From an uncultured Actinomycetes bacterium (lineage in GTDB: Bacteria > Actinomycetota > Actinomycetes > Streptosporangiales > Streptosporangiaceae), in NCBI GenBank assembly GCA_963747705.1, contig CAVVGF010000076.1, forward strand, positions 4,642 through 68,641: a stretch of 64,000 nt of DNA. The letters run 5' to 3'. Shown here one piece after another: positions 41,413 through 49,733 of this stretch. Both the position numbers and the translations under genes were made by a program. The notes beneath the pieces were generated by a model. The model saw only the letters and a list, made by a program, of their open reading frames with translations. It did no database searches and was not told where the DNA came from. Each line of letters opens with the position of its first letter. The stretch's first letter is position 1.

Positions 41413-42074
41413 CCGAACCGGCCGGCCCGCCGCCGGTCATCGACGTGGCCGCGGTGGATGACCACCCGGTCATCCTGGACGGCCTGCCCGGCTGGGTGGC
41501 CGCGCCGGACAGCGGCATCCGGGTCATCGGCACCGCGGTGACGGTGGCCGGGCTGCTGGCCGGGCCCGGCCGGGCGGCGAATGTGGTGCTGCTCGACCTG
41601 GACCTGGGCGACGGCAGCACGGCGCAGCAGAACGTGGCGCAGATCCGGGCGGCCGGCCCGGCCGTCCTGGTGCTGTCCGCGTCGGACCGTCCCGGCACGG
41701 TCCGCGACGCGATCCGGGCCGGTGCGCTCGGCTATGTGCTCAAGAACGAGGAGACGGCCGAGGTCCGTGCGGCTATTAAGGCGGTGGCCGCCGGAAAGGA
41801 CTGGATCTCGCCCCGGCTGGCCTACATCTTCGCCACCGACGACGCGCCGGACCGGCCTGCGCTAAGCGCCCAGGAAACGCGCGCGCTGCGGCTTTACGCC
41901 ACCGGTATGCCGATGAAGCTGGTCGCCCGGCGAATGTGCATTAGTGAAGAGACGGCCAAACAGTACGTAGGCCGGGTGCGGGAGAAGTACGCTCGCGCCG
42001 GACGGGCGGCACCCACTAAATTGGACCTGTACTATCGAGCCGTCGAGGACGGGCATCTCCCCCCTCACCCCTAA
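41409..42074 (+). CDS. NarL/LuxR-family response regulator
   Basis: Receiver residues VDDH, LLDLDL, LVLSAS and GYVLK. C-terminal LuxR HTH LSAQETRALRLYATGMPMKLVARRMCISEETAKQYV. Confidence 0.85.
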   Translation: MTEPAGPPPVIDVAAVDDHPVILDGLPGWVAAPDSGIRVIGTAVTVAGLLAGPGRAANVVLLDLDLGDGSTAQQNVAQIRAAGPAVLVLSASDRPGTVRDAIRAGALGYVLKNEETAEVRAAIKAVAAGKDWISPRLAYIFATDDAPDRPALSAQETRALRLYATGMPMKLVARRMCISEETAKQYVGRVREKYARAGRAAPTKLDLYYRAVEDGHLPPHP

Positions 42075-42137
42075 CCGCGGACCCCCCCTCCCGGCGACAG
42101 GGGCAACAGGAGATACCCGTCCTCGACCTTTTCTTAC

Positions 42138-42198
42138 GTGACGAGATCCTAAGCGGGTCATCTCGGTCACGTCATGACCCCATCTCGGGGGTCATGAC
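42138..42198 (+). terminator. Twin hairpins downstream of the response regulator
   Basis: GTGACGAGAT (42138-42147) pairs with ATCTCGGTCAC (42160-42170). GTCATGACCCC (42171-42181) pairs with GGGGTCATGAC (42188-42198), a perfect 11-bp stem. No T-tract follows. Confidence 0.4.
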
Positions 42199-42441
42199 CG
42201 ACTGCTAGCAGCCTGGCCATTCAGCCGAGCCTTTAGGCAAGCATACTCTTACCGTCCGACTATAAGTCCAGCTCAGCGCGGGCGCTACCGATAGTTTCGG
42301 CGGACGGATGACCGGTTTAGCAGGAAAAGTTCAGCTTGCCGCCACCGGCTGCCTCTGGCGGCCCGGGCCGCCAGGCCGGCACCATTCTGCTGGCCAGTAC
42401 GCTCTGCCCCGTTCGAGCCGATCTCGTGAGGTGCCAGCCAG

Positions 42442-43419
42442 ATGCGAGCGCTCCCCGGATTACCCGCCATCCGCCACCCCCGGCGCGCCATTGTGCGCAC
42501 GCTGACCACGGCCGTGGGCCTGGCGCTCGGCCTGGCCCTGGCGGCACCCTGGCCGGCCAGCGCTGCCCCCTTGCCCGGCCAGTCAGCGCTCAGCCAGTCA
42601 GCGCTCAGCCAGTCTGTGCTCAGCCCGGAGTCGGCCACCGGGATCGCGGGCTGGACCCAGACCCGCAGCTACCTGGAGAGCAGCCTGACCGCCGACGAAG
42701 GGGTGGCCACCGTCACGCCGGCCAGCGGCAGCCCGTACGAGCTGTACCGGGGGGTGACCTCGATCCCGGCCAGCCTGCTCGCCGAGGGCTGGACGCATAT
42801 CGGCGACCCGGACTCGGCTGGCGGCTACATCATCGACGCCTACCAGGGCGCGAGCAGCGGGGACAGCAAGATGTTCCGGGTGACCACCCCGTCCGGGGCC
42901 AGCTACCAGTACGTGCACACGCTGGTGTCCGGCGAGCTGTACAACAACTCGTTCGACGCGATCTCGCCGGATACCCAGTGGATGGTGGCGGGCGAGTGGG
43001 GCACGATGACGCACCTGCAGATCTACCCGGCGCCGCTGCTGAACAGCAGCACCCCCGCGACCGGCGGCGCACTGAACCTGGCCGGGTACATCGAACTGGA
43101 CCACCCGGTGAACGACGTCCAGGGCTGTGACTTCGTTACTGCGACCGAGCTGATCTGCGCGTCCGACGATTCCAGCGAGACCCTGTTCAGCAACGCCAAG
43201 CCGCTGCTCGAGGTCCAGCTGTCCGCCGCGCTGACCGGCGGCGACGTGACCGGGCACGTCATCGACCTCGGCTCGATCCCACAGCAGAGCATCTGTTCCG
43301 GCACGTTCGAGGCCGAGGGTGTGGACTACGACGTGGCCACCGGGGTGCTCCGGGTGGAGATCATCCAGCCCGGAGTGTGCGAAGTAGCCACCACGGTCTA
43401 CGAATACCAGCCCAGCTGA
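42442..43419 (+). CDS. Secreted hypothetical protein (325 aa)
   Basis: Arg-rich n-region, hydrophobic core and ..PASA signal peptide. No domain recognised. Cys-containing C-terminal half. Confidence 0.6.
   Translation: MRALPGLPAIRHPRRAIVRTLTTAVGLALGLALAAPWPASAAPLPGQSALSQSALSQSVLSPESATGIAGWTQTRSYLESSLTADEGVATVTPASGSPYELYRGVTSIPASLLAEGWTHIGDPDSAGGYIIDAYQGASSGDSKMFRVTTPSGASYQYVHTLVSGELYNNSFDAISPDTQWMVAGEWGTMTHLQIYPAPLLNSSTPATGGALNLAGYIELDHPVNDVQGCDFVTATELICASDDSSETLFSNAKPLLEVQLSAALTGGDVTGHVIDLGSIPQQSICSGTFEAEGVDYDVATGVLRVEIIQPGVCEVATTVYEYQPS
42580..42624. repeat. 15-bp tandem repeat x3 encoding QSALS-QSALS-QSVLS
   Basis: CAGTCAGCGCTCAGC twice, then CAGTCTGTGCTCAGC, immediately after the predicted signal peptide. 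Confidence 0.9.
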
Positions 43420-43433
43420 CCCCGTCCGGCCGC

Positions 43434-43478
43434 CCCGCGCCACCCCCGCCCCCGCCCCCCCCGCCCCCGTGGCGCGGG
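43434..43478. terminator. 10-bp stem enclosing a C5-G-C5-G-C8-G-C5 tract (G-quadruplex motif on the minus strand)
   Basis: CCCGCGCCAC (43434-43443) pairs with GTGGCGCGGG (43469-43478). The loop at 43444-43468 is four C-runs of at least 5 separated by single G residues. Confidence 0.5.
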
Positions 43479-43500
43479 CGTCACGCCACCGCCCGGCATC

Positions 43501-43772
43501 GTGATCTTGACTTCAGTGCTATTAGATGCCAACGCCGCTGATTTAACGCCGCGGAGATGACGCCCTACCGCAGCTCAACCACACCGATGTTTCACTCACA
43601 GCCCTGCACCAGCCTCTGGCACCGCATCGGTGAAAGTCTGGTGCAGTCCTGACTACAGCAAAATTCCACCCACGCGCTGGACCGGGGTGGAACACCGCGC
43701 CACCAGGCCGCCAGCCACGGGCTGGCTTAAATCAGCGGCGTTGTATTAGATGCGCACTGAAGTCATGATCAC
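43501..43772. repeat. 48-bp palindromic element, copy C, interrupted by a nested insertion
   Basis: Arms GTGATCTTGACTTCAGTGC (43501-43519) and GCACTGAAGTCATGATCAC (43754-43772). The loop TATTAGATGC is present twice (43520-43529 and 43744-43753). Confidence 0.85.
43530..43743. mobile_element. 214-bp non-autonomous MITE-like insertion
   Basis: Perfect 17-bp terminal inverted repeats CAACGCCGCTGATTTAA / TTAAATCAGCGGCGTTG, flanked by a 10-bp direct duplication TATTAGATGC. No ORF inside. Confidence 0.7.
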
Positions 43773-44498
43773 GGAGGGGTGTCGGCAGGCAGGAAGCCGT
43801 CGATCAGGCGGGTGATGACGGCGTCGAAGATCTCGTCCGCATCGGGTGCGGCTGGGGCTGGCGCGGCCAGCGCGGCGGTCAGGTTCGGGTAGCGGCCGGT
43901 GGCGGCGGCCGTTACCAGCTGGCTGACCTGCGCGGCGGCTTGCTGCTCGGCGGTGACGCCGGTGCGCGCGCGCTCTTCGGCCAGCGCCGCCTGCATTCCC
44001 CCGTAGCTGATCGCGAAGCCGTTGACCATCGCGAGCATCTCCATCTTGCTCGCAGTGTCCAGGCGCGTGCCGTTGAGCAGACCGAGGAAGTAGTCGAGGT
44101 AGACGCAGCGCGGCCGGGCCCATAAGCGGCGGGCGGCTGGTGATCACCCGTGGCAGCCAGGGGTGGCGCTGAGTGATGTCCCGGCCCTGGCGGGCCAGCT
44201 CCACGATGGCCTGACGGATGTCGCGGGGTGGCCCGGCTGGGAAGTGGTACTCCTCGCTCACCTCGTCGATCATCAGCTGGACCAGGTGGTCCTTGGTCGG
44301 CACGTAGTTGTACAGCGACATGGTGCCCAGGCCGAGTTCGGCCGCCATCCGCCGCATGGTGACCGCGTCCAGGCCCTCGGCGTCGGCCAGGGCCACCGCG
44401 GCGGCGGCGATCGCGTCCCGGCTGTACCGCGCCTTGGGCCCGCGCTCACCATGCTCGGGCAGCTCCCAGATGGACGGCGGCACGCCGGCGTTGGCCAT
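43769..44498 (-). CDS. TetR/AcrR family transcriptional regulator, apparent frameshift about 44115
   Basis: HTH VTMRRMAAELGLGTMSLYNYVPTKD. The frame join is ..ITSRPPLMGP / PRCVYLDYFLG... The stop codon (43769-43771) lies inside the palindromic-element arm. Confidence 0.75.
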
Positions 44499-44539
44499 CG
44501 GTAACACCTCCCCCCGGGGGTCGAGCTTATCGGCGTGCA

Positions 44540-44586
44540 CCGTACGTAGTATGCTGCGGCTAACAACACGGTACAACGTACGTAGT
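44540..44586. promoter_or_regulatory. Direct repeat of ACGTACGTAGT-type boxes in TetR/hydrolase divergent spacer
   Basis: CCGTACGTAGT (44540-44550) and AACGTACGTAGT (44575-44586). Each contains the palindrome TACGTA. Confidence 0.4.
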
Positions 44587-44592
44587 TAGGGG

Positions 44593-46438
44593 ATGGTCAT
44601 GTCAACTCCGATCGGGGACCGCACCGCCGGGGCCGACGCCGCCCGGGCTGATGCCGCCCGGGAAGACGCCGGCCGGGCTGATATCGCCCGGGAAGACGCC
44701 GGCCGGGCTGATATCGCCCGGGAAGACGCCGGCCGGGCCGGCGACGCCCGTGATAACTCGCCGCCGCCCGCTGGCCGGCGGCTGCCCTGGCCGGTCCGGC
44801 TGTTCACCCGGCTGTCCCGGCGCGGCCTGCCGCCGCCGGTGTGCGCGGTACGGGTCGCGGCCGGGATCGAGGTGCCTGCCGCCGACGGGGTGCCGCTGCG
44901 CACCGACCACTACATCCCGCAGCTCACCGGGCCCCGGCCGACGCTGCTGGTGCGCAGCCTTATGGCCGCGGGCTTCCCGTGGGCGTTCCTGTTCGGCGGC
45001 CTGTTCGCCGAGCGCGGCTATCACGTGGTCATCCAGAGCTGCCGCGGCACCGGCGGGTCGGGTGGCGAGCAGTACCCGCTGCGGCACGAGCGGGCCGATG
45101 GCCAGGCCGCGGTGGCCTGGCTCCGCCAGCAGGACTGGTTCACCGGCGAACTGGCCACCATCGGGCCGAGCTACCTCGGGTACACCCAGTGGGCGCTGGC
45201 CGGCGACGCGCCGCCCGAGCTGCGCGCCATGATGGTGCAGAACGGCGTATCGGTGCCGCACCCGCTGCTGTATCCCGGGTGGCGCGTTCGCGCTGGAGAA
45301 CATCCTCGTCCGCACCGCGTTCACGCTGAGCTGGCACCGTGGGCTGCGCGCAGTGCTGCGGAGCCGTGCTGCGGATGCAGCGGCGGTTGCGCCGGGTGGC
45401 CCGGACGCTGCCACTGATCGACGCCTACCGGAAGCCCTGGGCGGCCGGGTCGGCTACTTCGAGGACTGGCTGACTCACCCGGACTCCGCCGACCCGTACT
45501 GGACCTCACTCGACCGGGCGGCCGATGCCCCGGTGCCCACGGTGCCGGTCAGCCTGCTCTCCGGCTGGTCAGGACATCTGCCTGGACCCGACCCTGGCCG
45601 AATACCAGCGGCTGCGGGCAGCGGGCCGCACGCCACGGCTGGTGGTCGGCCCGTGGACGCATGCCTCGGCGTTCAACGACGACCTGCCCGTCGTCGTCGG
45701 CGAGGCGCTCGACTGGCTGACTGCGTACTGCAGCCACGACCCGGCCGGCTGGACCGAAGCCCCCGGTACGGGTGCACGTCGGCGGTGGCCGCCGGGAATG
45801 GCGCGACCTGCCGGACTGGCCGCCGCCGCAGGCCGCCGTCCAGACCTGGCGGCTGGCCGTGGACGGCACGCTCGCACCAGCCAGGCGGCCGGGGCGGGGG
45901 TGTCGTCGCTGCGCTACGACCCGGCCGACCCCACCCCGTCGGTGGGCGGGCAACTGGTCAGCGACAGGGCCGGGGCGCGGGACAACCGGCCCTGGAGGCC
46001 CGGCCCGACGTTCTGGTCTTCACCAGCGCGCCGCTGCCCGCCGATCATTGAGGTGATCGGCCCGGTCAGCGCGCGGCTGCGAGTACGGGCCAGCGGCCCG
46101 CACTTCGACGTATTCGCCCGGCTGTGCGACGTGGACCCGCGGGGGCGTTCACGTAACGTCTGCGACGGGCTGATCCGGCACGACCCCGGCGCCCCGGCCG
46201 AGCCCGGGCCGAGCCCGGCGGTACGGCGATCACCGTGCCGATGAGTGCGACGGCCTACCGGTTCCGGGCCGGGCACCGGCTGCGGCTGCAGGTGTCCGGC
46301 GGCGCGCACCCCCGGTTCGCCCGTAATACCGGCACCGGCGAGCCGTGGGCCACCACGACCCGGCTGGCCGCGGTGGACCTGGAGATCGTGCACGACGCGC
46401 CAGATCCGGCCGGGCTGTCGCTGCCGGTCCTGGGCTGA
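44593..46438 (+). pseudogene. CocE/NonD (X-Pro dipeptidyl-peptidase S15) family hydrolase, about 9 frame breaks
   Basis: Family-typical segments (GTGGSGG, SLLSGW/QDICLD, GPWTHAS, YDPADPTPSVGG, DVLVFTSAPL, GHRLRLQVSGG) are recoverable only by switching frames near 45285, 45365, 45440, 45570, 45765, 45880, 45985, 46048 and 46215. Confidence 0.7.
44626..44745. repeat. 30-bp tandem repeat, about 4 copies, encoding (AREDAGRADI)n
   Basis: GCCCGGGAAGACGCCGGCCGGGCTGATATC at 44656 and 44686, with diverged copies at 44626 and 44716. Confidence 0.85.
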
Positions 46439-46516
46439 ATTCCCAGCACGAGTCCCAACCCAGTGCCGCCGGCCACCCGTCTGGGTAGGTGACCGGCGGC
46501 ACGTCTGTGGGCTGGC

Positions 46517-49376
46517 CTAACAGCTGCCGACGCCCTCCCAGGCCGCGACGGTGTCGCTCGCGGTGTTGCTGCTATCGGCGGTATCGAAGCCGAACGTGCG
46601 GTTGGCCACGAACGCGCAGCTGCTGCTCTCCTCCACGTTGTTCCAGCTGCCCAGCGTGAACTTGTACTGGAACGCGGCCGTTGGCACGCCGGTGATGGTC
46701 AGCGTCCAGGTGTCCGTGCCGGTCTTGATCATCGGGTAGTCGGTGGCGATCCAGTCGTCGGATGACGGGATGCCGGTGCCCAGCACGTCGTAGTTGCCGG
46801 ACAGGTACACGGTGTCCCCGCTCGGGGTGTCCGAGGGCACCGTGACGTTGATGACGGCGGTGGCGCTCCCGCAGGCGGACGGGCCGCCCCAGTTGGCCAC
46901 GGTGTCGTTCACCGTGCCGCCGTTCACGCTCATGCTGCGGTTGCTGATGTCCGCGCAGTCGGCGTTCTTCTCCACGTTGCTCCAGCTGCCGCCCAGGTCG
47001 TACTTGTACGACAGCGTGGCGTCCGCGGCTGCCTGGATGGTCGCGGTCCAGGTACTGGCGTTAAGCCGGGTCATCGGGATGCCGTTGGCAGCCCAGTCGG
47101 ACTGGCCCAAGCCGAGCACGGACAGATTGCCGGCCAGATACACGGTGTCCCCCGAGGCGTCGGTGTTCACCGGCACGGTCACGTTGACCGTCTCCTTGAC
47201 CGACCCGCTGACCGGGCAGGTGCTGTCCTGCACGCACTGGGTCACCACGCTCGGCGTGTCCACGTCCTTGCCCGCCGAGATGTCGATGGCCAGCCGCACG
47301 TACTGGGCCATCGCCCACATCAGCGGGGTGGACGAGTTGTCCGGCTGGCCGAACGTGAACCCGCCGGTGCCGGTGCTGCCGCCCCAGACCTGCTCGGAGA
47401 TCTGGTCGCCGGCGTTGGCCGCGCCGGCCATGGTCTGCAGCATGCGACTGGGCGCCGGTCAGGTTGCCGTCGGCCACGTCGTACTCGCCGCGCTCGCCGG
47501 TCAGCACCGGCCACGGGTTGCCCACCCCGGACCCGGTGTAGTCGCCGCCCGAGGAGGTCTCGCCGTAGCCGTCGAAGTTGTACCGGTGCCAGATCGGCCC
47601 CTCCGGGGTGTTGACCTCGAGCTCGGAGTCCACCACCGACAGCGTGTTGGTGATGTCGGTGGCGCTGGCCGACTTGATGCCGAGCCGGACCAGTTCCAGG
47701 AAGCTCGGGTCGACCACGGTGCGGTCGTCGTGGCTGCCGCCGCCGTTGGCGATGGAGATGGACGAGCCGGAGTTGGGGTTGCCATCCGGGGTGATCCGCA
47801 GGAAGTAGTCGCCGTTGCCGTACGGGCCGGTGGTGGTGTACGTCATGCTGTCCACCTCTGCTGCCCAGGACAGCGCCGTCGACTGGTAGGTAGCGGCCAG
47901 GCTGGTCGCTCCGTTGGTCTCGGCGATGGACGCGGCGCAGATCAGGCCGGCGATCTCGGCCGCCATGGTGGCCGGCGAGTAGCCGCCGTTCTCCTCCCAG
48001 CGCTCCTGCGGCGTGTACGGGCCGTTGGCCACCAGGTAGTTGGCCAGCAGCTCGATGTGCCCCCAGTCGGTCGAGTTGGTCGCGCCCAGCTGCTAGGCCA
48101 GGATGATCGGATCGGCGACCTCGTCCATCTGCAGCGAGCCGAACACGGTGTTGCCGTTCAGGAACGTGTTCTGCTTGACCGCGCCGCTGGATTCCTCCTC
48201 GTACGTGAAGATGTACTGCAGCGCCGCGTTGGCGTCGGTACTGTCCCCGGCGGCCAGCAGCGCGGAGGCCATCTCGTACTCGTCCCGGGTCCACACCACG
48301 TGGTAGCCGTGATCGCCGGCGCTGTTCGCGCTCACGCTGGTGCCCCACGGGATCGGTCGGCGCGGCGACGAACCCGCCGACGTAGGTCTTGTCCTCGTCG
48401 GCCTTGAGCTCCATCAGCGAGACGTAGTACTGCTGCTCCAGCGCGCTGCTGCCGGTCACCGACGCGGGCGGGCGTTCAGCCCGCTGACCCAGGTGTGCCA
48501 GCCGGACTCGAACGAGCTCTCCAGCGAGCTGAACCCGGTGGCCAGCGAGGCCGCCGCGTCGGAGATCGCGGCCGACTGGCTGGAATCGAAGGCCAGCGCC
48601 AGGGTGAACGTGGTCGACCCGCTGGCCGCCACCGGGATCTGCGCGACCTGGACGATGTGCCCGGCCGTGGATGCCGAGCTGTACGTGGAGGTCAGGCCGT
48701 AGCTGCTGGTGAGCATGCTGCTGCCGTCGCTGGAGGTGCCGACGTAGCCGGTGCTGGTCTGGCTGAACCCGGTCGACGCGGTCAGCGCGCTGGACACGGT
48801 GCCGTTGCTGGCCACCAGGTCACCGCTGGTGCTGTCGGTGCCGCCGGTGTTGCCCATGCCGTCGTTGTTCAGCTGCGGCAGGTAGTCGGCGTACAGCTGG
48901 AGCGAGCTGGAGCTGAGGTTGTCGAACGTGGTCTGGATCAGGATCACCGACCGCGACGGGTCGGCGACGTACGTCTTGGTGATCTTGAAGTCGCCGTTGG
49001 TGGCGGTGTTGACCTGCTGCCAGACCAGCGAGGTCGGGTCGACCAGGGAGATCGTGTGGGTGGTGTTGGCCGTCTCGGTGCTGGCGAACGACGACCCGTC
49101 GGTGACGATGTACTGCAGGCCGAACGTGTCCGGGGTGTCCGTCTCCGGGTAGAAGACGTTCTCCAGCTCGCCGTCGCCGAGCGTGTACCAGACCTTCGAG
49201 GCCGAGCCGAGCGAGTCGGCGAAGCCGGTCACGTTCGACTCGTTCCAGGTGGCGTTGGCCCCGGGCGCGCCCGGGGCGGTGGCGGCCAGCGCCGGGGTGG
49301 CCATGGTGACGCTGCCCGCCACGACCAGGGCCGCGGCGGTGAGTAAGCTCGCGCCGCGTCGTTTCCTTGTGCGCAT
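46517..49376 (-). pseudogene. Secreted GH15 glucoamylase with two C-terminal starch-binding-type modules, disrupted
   Basis: Signal peptide MRTRKRRGASLL... GH15 N-domain and catalytic motifs (HVVWTRDEY, ERWEENGGYSP). Frame joins at about 48462, 48354 and 47445, plus an in-frame TAG at 48090-48092 where GH15 has Trp (..DPIILA-stop-QLG..). Confidence 0.75.
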
Positions 49377-49733
49377 TGCGTCCTCCCTCGCGCCGCTCAT
49401 CCGGCCGGTGCGGTCGGCCCGGAAAGAGCCCGGGATCGCCTGCTGTCCGGTTTTGCGGCGGGACAATGGTTTCCCGCACAACATAGGATTGGCGGAAACA
49501 GCGGGCCAGAACCTAGCCCTGAAATAATTTAGAAATAAAGTGTCAAAGTTTCCGTAACATGCTCGTCATAGCCCGGATTGCCATTGACCTGTCTCGCCGG
49601 GCCGCGTGATACTCATTCCGCGGCGGGACCACCGGTCCACGCCGCGCTGACCAGTCTGGGTGCGGCCAACCGCCGCAAGGTCGCCGATGCACCGGCATCG
49701 AGTTGATCGCCGCCATGCCCGGAAGGTCGTCCC

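Noticed and set aside
38883-42074. A 1063-aa ORF that would be one giant fusion protein
   Set aside because: It concatenates kinase 2, an out-of-frame read across the partner gene and the in-frame response regulator. The middle 390 aa are Arg/Gly/Pro-rich, typical of wrong-frame high-GC translation. The paralogous copy 1 shows that the kinase ends at the position equivalent to about 40234.
49463-49555. GGTTTCC / CGGAAAC / GTTTCCG repeats in the GH15/amylase divergent promoter, as a possible MalR/LacI operator
   Set aside because: These are only 7-bp arms with a spacing of about 50 bp. No CTTGCAG-type MalR box is present. This is too weak to call.
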